In this document: in pieces, positions 1-8,590 of the stretch
Layout of the letters: the number at the start of each line of letters is the position of its first letter
Position numbering within the stretch: position 1 is the first letter of the stretch
Virus record (IMG/VR): IMGVR_UViG_3300032893_000057
Span: 1 to 56,372 of that record
Origin: a virus
Lineage: Duplodnaviria; Caudoviricetes
Length of the DNA stretch: 56,372 nucleotides
Direction: 5' to 3' (one strand)
Notes under the pieces: generated by a model
Databases searched by the model: none
The model's input: the letters and a program-made list of their open reading frames with translations, nothing else
What the model was told of the DNA's origin: nothing
Position numbers and translations under genes: made by a program

Positions 1-22
1 CAACGACTGAGGAGCGCAGACC

Positions 23-295
23 ATGGCGACCATCACCACCGGCAAGCCCGCCTCCGGCCACGTCCGGGCGAAGTTCTACGTGTACGCCGTCGAACTCACC
101 GGCTACTCGACCACCGTCAAGATGCGCCCGGTGACCCGCGGCGAGGACAACAAGGCGTGGGCCGCGGCCACGCCCTACGGCGAACTCAGCATGGGCATCG
201 CCAACGACCTGGCGGCCGAGCAGTTCTCACCCGGCCAGGAGTGGTACCTCGACTTCACGCCCGCCCCGCAGGGCCAGGAGGGCATGGGCGGGTAG
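23..295 (+). CDS. Phage hypothetical protein
   Basis: SD GAGGAG upstream; strong GC3 codon bias. Confidence 0.85.
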   Translation: MATITTGKPASGHVRAKFYVYAVELTGYSTTVKMRPVTRGEDNKAWAAATPYGELSMGIANDLAAEQFSPGQEWYLDFTPAPQGQEGMGG

Positions 296-331
296 GTTCC
301 CCGCCTGCCTGGACTGGGTACACCCTGGCCC

Positions 332-508
332 ATGGCAGCCATCCTCTTCCTGCTGACGCTGATCATCGCCGCCATCCACTGGGGCGGCGGCGACGTCTTC
401 GGCGCCCACTACCTCGACGCTGTCTTCACCTTCCTGGCAGCGGGCCTGTTCTGCCTGGCGATGGGATGGGGAGCGATCCCCATCGCCATCGGCCCCAGGC
501 GGCCCTAG
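332..508 (+). CDS. Small membrane protein (58 aa, two hydrophobic segments)
   Basis: MAAILFLLTLIIAAIHWGGG...FLAAGLFCLAMGWG; read manually, below the ORF-track cutoff. Confidence 0.7.
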   Translation: MAAILFLLTLIIAAIHWGGGDVFGAHYLDAVFTFLAAGLFCLAMGWGAIPIAIGPRRP

Positions 509-735
509 CCGCCCAGCGGGCGGTAGAACGGGTGGCGCCGCTCGTCCCGCCCGTCGTAGGACCGGACGGCGGCGATGCCGCCCTGCTCGTAGACCCCGAC
601 CGCCTTCCGGGCGGCGTCTGAGGGGCGCCAGCCGGGCGACGTGTTCATGATGTAGTTGCCCAGGAGGGCGACCTCGTTGCGGTGCTCGACGTCGGTGACG
701 CCAGCCTCGATGACTTCGGTGAAGGGTGTGGTCAT
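505..735 (-). CDS. Hypothetical protein, sigma28-type promoter
   Basis: ATG 9 nt after GCCGAT of the promoter at 745-771. Confidence 0.75.
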   Translation of the reverse strand: MTTPFTEVIEAGVTDVEHRNEVALLGNYIMNTSPGWRPSDAARKAVGVYEQGGIAAVRSYDGRDERRHPFYRPLGG

Positions 736-1091
736 GTCCCTTCCATCGGCACGGCGGCCTCGGGACTTGAGCACTTCGGTCGACGAACCCCGCGGGGCAG
801 CTTCGCCTGCTGGGCCTGGTACTCCCGCAGGTCCTCGGCCCTTGCCCGGTCATGGCGCAGGCGCTCCTCGCGCTGGAGGCGCGCCACGAAGTCGAACTCG
901 GCCTCCAGGGCCGGGATCGCCAGGTCGAGCGCTCGGATCTCCTGGGCGTCGAAGGAGCCGTCGGCGTCCCAGCCCGGGTTGACGGCCTGACGATCGGCGA
1001 CCCGCTGGAGGAGCCAGTCCCGGCGCTTGCCCAGGGTCTCGATCGCGGCGCGGACCGCCTTCGTCCTCGGGAGGCCGTTCTCGGTGGTCAC
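732..1091 (-). CDS. Hypothetical protein
   Basis: GC3 bias; 4-nt overlaps with both neighbours. Confidence 0.7.
   Translation of the reverse strand: MTTENGLPRTKAVRAAIETLGKRRDWLLQRVADRQAVNPGWDADGSFDAQEIRALDLAIPALEAEFDFVARLQREERLRHDRARAEDLREYQAQQAKLPRGVRRPKCSSPEAAVPMEGT
745..771 (-). promoter_or_regulatory. sigma28/FliA-type promoter
   Basis: CTCAAG-N15-GCCGAT-N9-ATG. Confidence 0.8.
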
Positions 1092-1396
1092 CCGCGGCGT
1101 CGGTTCCGGGGACGGGGCACGTAGCGGTACGGCTGAGGATTAGCGACCCGCCACTGGTCGTAGCGCAGCGGCTTCTCCTCGCCAGCGATCGCCGAGCCCG
1201 GGTCCTGGGGCGAGATGAACCCGACGATCCGGGCGGGCTCCCAGCCGGTCAGGCCACGCCGCCGGACTTCGACCACCTGGTCGACGGCGAGCCCGGCTTC
1301 CCGGATCTGGGCCGCATGCCACGCCAGGCGTGCCGCGGCGAGGCGCTCGTTGACGGCGCGGATCTCGGCCTCCCACTCAGCGGCGGTCTCAGGCAT
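1088..1396 (-). CDS. Hypothetical protein
   Basis: Coupled operon gene. Confidence 0.7.
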   Translation of the reverse strand: MPETAAEWEAEIRAVNERLAAARLAWHAAQIREAGLAVDQVVEVRRRGLTGWEPARIVGFISPQDPGSAIAGEEKPLRYDQWRVANPQPYRYVPRPRNRRRG

Positions 1397-1721
1397 CGCC
1401 CAGCACCTCGTCGAGGACGTGCCCGCCGTCGATGCCGAGCAGCAGGGCGAGTGCGGTCGACCAGCCGGAGAGGAACGCGTCCTTCCACTGGGCGACCTCG
1501 ACCGTCGACATGCCGGAGTTGCGCAGGAACTCGGGCCAGGGCCAGCCGGGCAGGTGCAGCGAGTGGTGCTCGGGCAGCAGTTGGCGGGTGGGGTCCTTCG
1601 CCAGGTCCTTGAGGGCCGCCAGGACGGCCTCAGCGGCCGTCCAGCGGTCGTCGGGCAGGCCGCAGTCGGACAGGGCGCGTCGGACGGCTGCGGGGGCGTC
1701 GTTGGACGTGAGACGGGTCAT
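1389..1721 (-). CDS. Hypothetical protein
   Basis: SD GGAGG before ATG 1721; ATGA overlap. Confidence 0.7.
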   Translation of the reverse strand: MTRLTSNDAPAAVRRALSDCGLPDDRWTAAEAVLAALKDLAKDPTRQLLPEHHSLHLPGWPWPEFLRNSGMSTVEVAQWKDAFLSGWSTALALLLGIDGGHVLDEVLGDA

Positions 1722-1870
1722 GCGGTGGCCTCCTCCTCTGGGAGTTCGTAGAGGCGGGCCTCGCACCAGTGGCAGGTCGCCACCGGGCCGCTATGGAGGA
1801 AGCGCTCGGACGGCAGGTCGCCGACGAGCACCTCCAGCGTGTCGTGTCCGCACTCAGGGCAGGTATCCAT
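1718..1870 (-). CDS. Small zinc-ribbon protein (50 aa)
   Basis: MDTCPECG...CHWCE; starts 9 nt after a sigma28-type -10. Confidence 0.7.
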   Translation of the reverse strand: MDTCPECGHDTLEVLVGDLPSERFLHSGPVATCHWCEARLYELPEEEATA

Positions 1871-1879
1871 GCCCCTTGT

Positions 1880-1905
1880 ATCGGCGGGCCGCTCCGAGAC
1901 TTGAG
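1880..1905 (-). promoter_or_regulatory. sigma28/FliA-type promoter
   Basis: CTCAAG-N14-GCCGAT-N9-ATG. Confidence 0.8.
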
Positions 1906-1921
1906 CCCCACGACGAAGAAT

Positions 1922-1933
1922 CTACCGCGGTAG
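1922..1933. promoter_or_regulatory. Operator palindrome CTACCGCGGTAG
   Basis: One of ten CTACC-NN-GGTAG copies. Confidence 0.75.
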
Positions 1934-2497
1934 CGCCGCCTTCGCCTTCCGGCGGTCCCGGTCGATCCTCGCCTGGGCCGCATTGGCTGCCCGACAGGCG
2001 GGGCACCGGCAGCCGCGGTCCCGGTAGCCGTAGATCGTCCCATGCCGAGGGTCCGCCGAGTCCTCGGGCCTGAGCGGGCGCCGTCGCCGCTCATGGACGC
2101 CGTCGAAGCGCATGTGGCACGGGCGGCAAAGGGCTCGGTAGTCGTACGGGTCGGCGTAGCGCCCTGTGAGGTTGGCCCAGTCGATGCGACGGGTGCTGCT
2201 CCCGCACTCCTCACAGACCGTCGGTCGCCCGCGAGCATCCGCGACGCGGCGGTGGAAGGAGGCGTAACCCACCTCGTCGCCTCGCCACGCGTGGTGCCTC
2301 GACCCCCGTGGGTCTCCCTGGCGGCGGTGGACAACCACGCCGAGGCGCTTCAGGTCTCGGCTGACGGTGGTCTGACTGACCCCGACGCTCGCCGCGATCT
2401 CGTACTGCGATCGCCCAGCCTCGTAAAGCTGGGCGATCGTCAGACCCCGCATCGTTGGGCGGTCCCCCATTGTCCCCATCCTGCGTGTGCCGCCCAC
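1922..2497 (-). CDS. HTH + HNH-like endonuclease with C-terminal Cys/His knuckle (start uncertain)
   Basis: HTH (SQYEIAASVGVSQTTVSRDL); CEECG...WAN...LCRPCH; HGT...GCRCPAC. Confidence 0.75.
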   Translation of the reverse strand: MGGTRRMGTMGDRPTMRGLTIAQLYEAGRSQYEIAASVGVSQTTVSRDLKRLGVVVHRRQGDPRGSRHHAWRGDEVGYASFHRRVADARGRPTVCEECGSSTRRIDWANLTGRYADPYDYRALCRPCHMRFDGVHERRRRPLRPEDSADPRHGTIYGYRDRGCRCPACRAANAAQARIDRDRRKAKAALPR

Positions 2498-2907
2498 GCC
2501 TCTGCAACCTGGTCCTGGACGGCGGGGGGGGCGAGGTCAGCCCGACCCCCGAGCGTGAACTCGGGCCAGTCGGCGTATCGAGCGGCGGCGATCCAGGTGC
2601 TCGGGAGCCACTGCGCCGCGCCGAAGTACCCGTTGCCGGTGTTTTCTGAGTACGTGTCGCCGCTCTCGGCGTTCAGAATGCAAGGCCAGGGCCATGGCGG
2701 TGGCAGGTGCGGCACGTGGAAGGCGAGCCAGACCTTGAACCCGGGGTGGAGGCCGTCGAGGCAGTCGACGCGCTGCTGGCCCGTTGGCAGGCCGAGGCAC
2801 CAGCGGTCCGACAGGGTCGGGCCGGAAGAGGAGAAGTCGGCGCGCGCGCCGAGGACGACGGTGAGGATGGCGGCCACAACAAGGGCCGTGCTGCGGAAGG
2901 CTCGCAC
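2440..2907 (-). CDS. rpf: Secreted resuscitation-promoting factor (Rpf / transglycosylase-like) protein
   Basis: Signal peptide; Rpf motifs ILNAESG...NTGNGYFGAAQW...TW...ADLA...Q..VA...GWGQW; SD AAAGGAGG. Confidence 0.85.
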   Translation of the reverse strand: MRAFRSTALVVAAILTVVLGARADFSSSGPTLSDRWCLGLPTGQQRVDCLDGLHPGFKVWLAFHVPHLPPPWPWPCILNAESGDTYSENTGNGYFGAAQWLPSTWIAAARYADWPEFTLGGRADLAPPAVQDQVAEAWAAHAGWGQWGTAQRCGV

Positions 2908-3097
2908 TGGAGTCCCTCCTTTCCGCCGAGGCTCTCCAGCGAGGCCCCTGGCGTTGGGGAATGGTCTTCGACAGGCGAGCGACGACGCTGGCTGCGACGA
3001 CGCTCAGGCTTGACCCAACGGCTCCCCTCCCTCTCGGCGAATCCGGGGGACCGTAGCAGGCCGGGGGTAGCTGTCAGCGGGTACGTGTACCCTCACC

Positions 3098-3111
3098 TCT
3101 ACCGCGGTAGA
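3098..3111. promoter_or_regulatory. Operator palindrome TCTACCGCGGTAGA between the divergent rpf and gam-like genes
   Basis: Perfect 14-bp palindrome, flanked by CCTCA...TGAGG. Confidence 0.8.
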
Positions 3112-3126
3112 CCTGAGGAGGGCGAC

Positions 3127-3744
3127 ATGCGCTCACACGACCTGGACGACGACCTCGCCGAGTTCGACCCCGACAACCCCGACCACTACTTCGACGACCC
3201 GGACTTCGACGCGCCGGTCACCGACCCCGACCACGAGGCCGCGGTCTTCACGCTGCTGCGGCGCCGGGCCGGTCACCTCAAGCGCATCGCCGAGGCCGAC
3301 GCCACCGTCGAGCGCGAGCGGCGGCGCTGGGAGGCGTGGCACGCGGACCGCACCGCCGGGATGCGCCGTGAGATCGAGCGCATCGAGGCCGCGGTCGAGG
3401 CCTGGATCCGCTTCGACGGCCGCAAGACCTTCCCGACGCCCTACGGCGTGACGCCGAAGCTGCGCCAGGCCCAGCCGCGCCTGGAGGTCATCGACGAGAA
3501 GGCGCTCGTCGCCTGGGCCCAGGAGAACCACTACGACGGGCTGCTCAAGGTCGAGCCCCGGATTGCCGAGGTACGCAAGATGCAACCCGGTCCCACCATC
3601 GACGACTACGTCTCCATCGAGGCCCCGGACGAGAAGGTCACCGCCGTGCTCCTCCTCGACGACGGCAACCCGGTGCCTGGCGTGGCGCTCGTGACCCCCG
3701 TCGACAAGCGCTTTTCCATGGGGAAGGCGAAGGAGAAGGACTGA
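3127..3744 (+). CDS. Host-nuclease inhibitor Gam-like (Mu Gam/Gp157-like) protein
   Basis: Coiled coil followed by KTFPTPYG..KLR.....EVIDEKALVAWA; directly upstream of ERF. Confidence 0.7.
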   Translation: MRSHDLDDDLAEFDPDNPDHYFDDPDFDAPVTDPDHEAAVFTLLRRRAGHLKRIAEADATVERERRRWEAWHADRTAGMRREIERIEAAVEAWIRFDGRKTFPTPYGVTPKLRQAQPRLEVIDEKALVAWAQENHYDGLLKVEPRIAEVRKMQPGPTIDDYVSIEAPDEKVTAVLLLDDGNPVPGVALVTPVDKRFSMGKAKEKD

Positions 3745-3746
3745 CC

Positions 3747-4940
3747 ATGACCGACGATCTCTCTGCTGCCGACCACGACGACGTGATCGCCGACATCGCC
3801 CAGGCGCTCGTGGACAAGGGCGACTTCGCTGGGCTGAGCGACGCCCAGCAGAAGAACTACCTGGCCCGGGCGGCGCGCATCGCGCCTCGGGTCGAGGCCG
3901 TCTTCGCCCGCCGGGCGACGTCGAGCCCCCCCGCCGACCCGCCGACCACGGTCATCCAGGCCATCCACGCCGTCATGCGGGACCTGCCCGGCATCGGCAA
4001 GGACGAGAAGTCCGAGCAGGGCTACCAGTACCGAGGGATCGAGCAGATCACCCGGCACGTCCAGGCCCTCTTCGGCAAGTACGGGGTCACGATGATCCCT
4101 GAGGTCCAGGAGCGCCGGGTCAAGGAGTTCTCGATCAACAGTCGGCCCTGGACCGAGGACGAACTGCACGTGGTCTACCGGGCCTACGGGCCCGCCCACG
4201 GCACCGTCCGGTCCCGCCGGGTGCTCTCCGACGACGGCAGCACCGTCCTGGAGGTCGACGAGGTCGTCCAGGACATGGTCACGATCGGCCCGCTGATCGG
4301 CCTCGGCCGGGACAACTCGGACAAGGGCGCCAACAAGTCGATGACCCAGTGCCTCAAGTACGCCCTCATCCAGACGCTCTGCATCGGCGACGGCAAGGAC
4401 GACGCCGACAGGGACGAGGCCCGGGTGGCCGACCCGCCGCCCCCGCCGGGCTGGGCTGAGCGCGAGCGGCTGCGCACGAGCATCCAGAGCGGCGGGCGCC
4501 CGCTGCGCGACGACTTCCGCGACTGGGTGGCCGAGCAGGGCTTCCCGGCCAAGGTCCACGAGTTCAACGACACCCAACTCGACGCCGCCGAGGGGTGGCT
4601 GATGGCGCGGCGCGCCGCGGAGGCCGAGCGCAAGGAGGCCCTGGTGCGCCTGGCGAAGGCCGGGGTGACGCCGGAACTGCTCACGAAGCCGAGCGGCACG
4701 TTCACCGACGAGGAAGCCGACCTCATCAACGACCTGCTGCACGGCCCAGACGCCGACCACCTGCGCTGGTGGATCGACAGCCTGGAACCCCCGGCGCAGC
4801 GCGTGACCGGCTCGGCCCCCGAGCCCGTCGCGACCGAGCCTGCCATCAGCGAGGCCGGAGAGGCCTCTCAGGAGCCGCTCCTGGGCTCCGAGCCGTCGGA
4901 CGCGTCGACCGACTACCCCGACGGGGAGGAGCCCTTCTGA
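3747..4940 (+). CDS. ERF-family single-strand annealing recombinase
   Basis: IGKD...GYQYRGIE; G.G.D..DK..NKSMT...KYAL. Confidence 0.85.
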   Translation: MTDDLSAADHDDVIADIAQALVDKGDFAGLSDAQQKNYLARAARIAPRVEAVFARRATSSPPADPPTTVIQAIHAVMRDLPGIGKDEKSEQGYQYRGIEQITRHVQALFGKYGVTMIPEVQERRVKEFSINSRPWTEDELHVVYRAYGPAHGTVRSRRVLSDDGSTVLEVDEVVQDMVTIGPLIGLGRDNSDKGANKSMTQCLKYALIQTLCIGDGKDDADRDEARVADPPPPPGWAERERLRTSIQSGGRPLRDDFRDWVAEQGFPAKVHEFNDTQLDAAEGWLMARRAAEAERKEALVRLAKAGVTPELLTKPSGTFTDEEADLINDLLHGPDADHLRWWIDSLEPPAQRVTGSAPEPVATEPAISEAGEASQEPLLGSEPSDASTDYPDGEEPF

Positions 4941-5085
4941 GTGTCATGGACACTGTCCGCTGGGGGCGCTACCGTCGGCGGGCTTACAAGCGTGGTATCC
5001 CAGCCGATGGCTCGGGGCCGGTCCCACACCAGCCCCGCAGCCGCCATCGCACCCTAACCAGAGGAGGGGCTATGGACCAAACTAC

Positions 5086-5856
5086 ATGGGCGTCATTTAC
5101 GGGTCCAGGCGGCCCCCGCTCCCGCTCGTGACCGAGACCCCCCGCACCCAGTTCATCCAGATCCCACTGTGGGTGATCCGGCACGACCGGGTCGCCAAGG
5201 TCGAGGGCGGCACGATCCTGCGGGTGTACGCCTCGCTCCTCGCCGACTCCAGCTACAAGTCCCGGATCACCCGCCTGCCCATCGCCGGGATTCAGGAGGA
5301 GACAGGTCTCGGCCGGTCCGTCGTGTACCGAGCCCTGAGCGTGCTGAGGGAGATCGGAGCGATCATCGAACGCCCGAACGGGACGCTCTGGCTGCCGCTT
5401 GACGACGTTCTGTCCGATTCCACCACCGTGGAATCAGGGGCTCCACCGTCCACGCCTGCGGACGGAACGTCCACCACCGTGGACGCGGCGTCCACCACCG
5501 TGGACTCCTCCCTTTCTTACATAGGAGGACTCATAGAGTCAGAGATTTCTTCGCCGCCTGCGGCGTCGAAGCGAGGCGCCCGGCTCCCTGAGCCATTCGT
5601 CCTCACGGCCGAGATGAAGATCTGGGCGCGCGAGACCGTGCCCGAGGTCGACATCCGGGACCAGACGCAGCGCTTCGTCGACTACTGGCGCGCCCAGCCC
5701 GGCCAGCGCGGGGTGAAGCTCGACTGGCTGGCGACCTGGCGCAACTGGATGCGGAGCGCCCGCGACCGTATGCGCCCGCCACCGTCCGGGACCGGCCGAG
5801 CCCGCCAGGACGATGCCTTCACCCGCATCGCGAACGAGATCCGAGGAGGCGCCTGA
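5086..5856 (+). CDS. Phage replication initiator (N-terminal HTH, C-terminal DnaT-like domain); start may be GTG 5128
   Basis: HTH IQEETGLGRSVVYRAL; RGARLPE.F...F.DYW...KLDWLATWRNW; internal iterons. Confidence 0.8.
   Translation: MGVIYGSRRPPLPLVTETPRTQFIQIPLWVIRHDRVAKVEGGTILRVYASLLADSSYKSRITRLPIAGIQEETGLGRSVVYRALSVLREIGAIIERPNGTLWLPLDDVLSDSTTVESGAPPSTPADGTSTTVDAASTTVDSSLSYIGGLIESEISSPPAASKRGARLPEPFVLTAEMKIWARETVPEVDIRDQTQRFVDYWRAQPGQRGVKLDWLATWRNWMRSARDRMRPPPSGTGRARQDDAFTRIANEIRGGA
5419..5552. repeat. Putative replication origin: iterons TCCACCACCGTGGA at 5419, 5470 and 5491 (variant at 5449) plus an AT-rich tract
   Basis: Three exact 14-bp repeats; 21-bp spacing for 5449/5470/5491; inside the initiator gene and followed by AT-rich 5511-5552, as in lambda O-type origins. 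Confidence 0.75.
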
Positions 5857-6401
5857 TGGACGTCCCCGAGATGAAGCTCCTCTGGCTCTACATGCACGAG
5901 GTCTGGCCGGTCACCTATTCGCTGCCGACGGCTGACCAGGACCGTCTTCGCACCCAGGTGTGGACCGACATCCTCGGCGACCTGCCCGCTCAGGGAGTGC
6001 GCGCGGCGATCATGGCGCACGCTGAGGACCAGTTCCCTCCGGCGCCGGGCAAACTCGCTGCGACTGCCCGCCGTCTCCTCGACGACGCCTCCGGCCACCA
6101 CCAGCCCGACCTCGACGAGGCCTGGGCCGAGGTCCAGACGATGGTGCGCCTCCACGGGCTCCAGGTCACCGGCCCGATCGCCTGGTCGCACCCGTCGGTC
6201 GAGGCGGCCGTGGCGGCGCTGACGTGGCGGCGGCTCTGCCTCGACGAGAACCAGACCGCGTTGTTCGCCCACTTCGCTCAAGTCTTCCGGCCCGCTGCCG
6301 ATAGGACGGAGCGAGCATCGGCCATTCCGGTCGCGGCCCGCGACATCGTGACTGGACTGGCGGGCTCGCTCGCCACGAGGAGCAGGGAGTTGGAAGCATG
6401 A
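5856..6401 (+). CDS. Replicative helicase loader/inhibitor (G39P-like)
   Basis: VW.DILGDL....VRAAI......FPP; DEAWAEV...AV..L.WR.LC; directly after the initiator. Confidence 0.7.
   Translation: MDVPEMKLLWLYMHEVWPVTYSLPTADQDRLRTQVWTDILGDLPAQGVRAAIMAHAEDQFPPAPGKLAATARRLLDDASGHHQPDLDEAWAEVQTMVRLHGLQVTGPIAWSHPSVEAAVAALTWRRLCLDENQTALFAHFAQVFRPAADRTERASAIPVAARDIVTGLAGSLATRSRELEA
6277..6302 (+). promoter_or_regulatory. Intragenic sigma28-type promoter upstream of whiB
   Basis: CTCAAG-N14-GCCGAT. Confidence 0.6.
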
Positions 6402-6667
6402 ACGGCCTGGAACGCATGCTGGACCTGAAGCGCAGGGGCGCGTGCCACGACGTCCCGACCGAGGTGTTCTTCCCCGGCGACGACCACGGCAGCATCGGCC
6501 CCGCCTTGCAGATCTGCGCAGAGTGCGGGATCCGAGAGGAGTGCCTGGAGTACGCCATCGAGTTCGGCGAACACGGGGTGTGGGGCGGCACCAGCGAGCG
6601 CGAGCGGCGGCGGATGTCGCGTCGTCGCCGCGATGCCGCCTACAAGGCGAAGAAGGGCGCGGCGTGA
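6398..6667 (+). CDS. whiB: WhiB-family transcriptional regulator
   Basis: Four Cys (C...CAEC.....C), GVWGG turn and basic tail. Confidence 0.92.
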   Translation: MNGLERMLDLKRRGACHDVPTEVFFPGDDHGSIGPALQICAECGIREECLEYAIEFGEHGVWGGTSERERRRMSRRRRDAAYKAKKGAA

Positions 6668-7023
6668 CCGAGGGCCGCCCGAGGCTCACCCGGGTCGACA
6701 GCGAGTACTCGCTGCTCGTGGCCCTGTACGTGGCCCTGTACGCCCCGTTCATCGGCGTCAGCGCGCGCTGGCCCGGCGTCATGCACGCCATCTCGATGGA
6801 GGAGGTCATCGACTCGTGGCCGGGGCTGCGGCCCGGCAAGCGCCAGCGCGCGGTCACGGCCGCGTGTGGCACCCGTTGGCTCCAGTTGCTCGGCGACGGC
6901 CAGGGCTCGCCGATCGCCTGGCCGCCCCGTGCAGACAGCCTGCCGCCCGGCTGGAGCCGCTGCGTCGCCTGCCACAAGGCGACCGGGCGCAAGCGCCCTC
7001 GCTCGGCGTGGGCGGCCTCGTGA
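6664..7023 (+). CDS. Hypothetical protein
   Basis: GTGA overlap; GC3 bias. Confidence 0.7.
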   Translation: MTEGRPRLTRVDSEYSLLVALYVALYAPFIGVSARWPGVMHAISMEEVIDSWPGLRPGKRQRAVTAACGTRWLQLLGDGQGSPIAWPPRADSLPPGWSRCVACHKATGRKRPRSAWAAS

Positions 7024-7298
7024 CCTGGTCCCCTGACGGCAAGCGCTGGCTGATCGACGACCGTCCCTGGCTCGACGAGTTCCGCTGGACCGAGGCGCTG
7101 AACAGGGCCCGCTCGATCCGGCTCCGCCAGGACCGCAAGCAACCCGGCGACGCCGCCGTGTGCCCGCAGGCCGACTGCGACGACAGCGGCCTGCTGACCT
7201 CGACTGACGCCGAGGGCCTGCACTACGCCATCCCCTGCCCCACCTGCCGCCCAGCGGCCTACCGCCATGCCGTTGCCGACCCCGAGAGAGGTGCCTGA
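7020..7298 (+). CDS. Hypothetical protein with Cys pairs
   Basis: GTGA overlap; C.DSG...PCPTC. Confidence 0.7.
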   Translation: MTWSPDGKRWLIDDRPWLDEFRWTEALNRARSIRLRQDRKQPGDAAVCPQADCDDSGLLTSTDAEGLHYAIPCPTCRPAAYRHAVADPERGA

Positions 7299-7525
7299 TG
7301 CCCTGCAAGTCCTGCGACGCCCCGATCATGTGGGTCACGACCGAGAGCGGCAAGAAGATGCCGCTCGACCGGGTGCCGGTCCCCGACGGCAACGTCGTGC
7401 TGCGCGGCGTCGACGAGCCGGTGGCGGTCTACGTCACCGACAAGCGCCCGGCCATCGAGGGCGAGAGGCGCTACACGTCGCACTTCGCCACCTGCCCCAA
7501 CGCCGCGAGCCACCGCAAGTCATGA
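7298..7525 (+). CDS. Small phage zinc-binding protein
   Basis: CKSC.API.W..T..GK.MPLD...HFATCP. Confidence 0.8.
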   Translation: MPCKSCDAPIMWVTTESGKKMPLDRVPVPDGNVVLRGVDEPVAVYVTDKRPAIEGERRYTSHFATCPNAASHRKS

Positions 7526-7746
7526 CTGAGAAGGTGCCCTACTCGTTCCGCGACGGCGTGTGGCCGGGCACCGAGACCCGCCATACCGGCGATCGCGGCC
7601 CGTGCACGAAGTGCGGTGAGCCGACCGCCCGCAAGGACGACCACGGCCGCTGGCACCACGGCTGGTGCGAGGGCGGCCTGGCGCCTGCCAGGTACGCCGG
7701 TCTGCTGAGCCGCCGTCGCGCTACCACGGTAGAGTCGGGGCGATGA
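7522..7746 (+). CDS. Hypothetical protein
   Basis: ATGA overlaps at both ends. Confidence 0.6.
   Translation: MTEKVPYSFRDGVWPGTETRHTGDRGPCTKCGEPTARKDDHGRWHHGWCEGGLAPARYAGLLSRRRATTVESGR
7721..7735 (+). promoter_or_regulatory. Operator CTACCACGGTAG overlapping -10 TAGAGT
   Basis: TAGAGT-N7-ATG(7743). Confidence 0.7.
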
Positions 7747-8135
7747 TCGAGCGCATCGCCGACGAGGTGTACGCCACCGGCCGACGGCTGCCCCACGGCA
7801 AGGTCAACCTCGACCCGGCCGACCCCGACTACTGGGCGACCAACCTGGTGATGGAGAACGGCGCGATGCTGCGGCTGGCCCACGAGGACGGCAAGGACTC
7901 GGTCTGGCTGGAGGTGCCCGACCCCGACCCCGACCACCTGGACTTCAGCGCCACGATCGAGACCCGCCGCGGCGAGCAGGTTGTCGTGCCGCTCGTCGGC
8001 CTCTGGGCCGAGGTGACCAAGTCCTGGTACTGCGAGGTCGCGAGCGGCGACGAGGTGTGGCACTACCTGGGCTGGATCGGCCGCATGCCGCTCGTCCACC
8101 CGACGGCCCAGATGACGGGGAGGCGGGCGTGGTGA
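7743..8135 (+). CDS. Hypothetical protein
   Basis: GC3 bias. Confidence 0.75.
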   Translation: MIERIADEVYATGRRLPHGKVNLDPADPDYWATNLVMENGAMLRLAHEDGKDSVWLEVPDPDPDHLDFSATIETRRGEQVVVPLVGLWAEVTKSWYCEVASGDEVWHYLGWIGRMPLVHPTAQMTGRRAW

Positions 8136-8590
8136 TCCCCCTCGGAGAGAAGCCGACGACGCCCTGCCGGGTGTACCGAGGGTGCCTGGATGGCCACGGC
8201 TACGGCAGCCTCCGGCTGAAGGGAGGCCGAGGCTGGAACCGGCGGAAGCTCCATCGCTGGGTGGTGGAGCAGTACCTCGGTCGTTCCTTGGCGCCGACAG
8301 AGGTGGTGCGCCACACGTGTGACACCCGCGCCTGTTTCCGGTTCGATCATCTCGTGTTGGGGACCAAGCGGGAGAACGACGCTGATATGTGGGCCAAGGG
8401 CCGAGGTGTCCCGCCGCCTCACAGACTCGGGTCCGCATCGGCGAACGCGAAGCTCACCGAGGACCAAGTGGCTGCGATCAAGCGGCGTCACGAGGCGAGC
8501 CATGCCGCGCTCGGCCGAGAGTATGGGGTCACCCTCCAGGCGATCCGAGACATCCGACGAGGCCGCACATGGCGCCAGGTCGAGCCATGA
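8132..8590 (+). CDS. HNH homing endonuclease
   Basis: GYG...HRW...VRHTCD...C....HL.LGT..EN..D...KGR; C-terminal HTH. Confidence 0.9.
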   Translation: MIPLGEKPTTPCRVYRGCLDGHGYGSLRLKGGRGWNRRKLHRWVVEQYLGRSLAPTEVVRHTCDTRACFRFDHLVLGTKRENDADMWAKGRGVPPPHRLGSASANAKLTEDQVAAIKRRHEASHAALGREYGVTLQAIRDIRRGRTWRQVEP

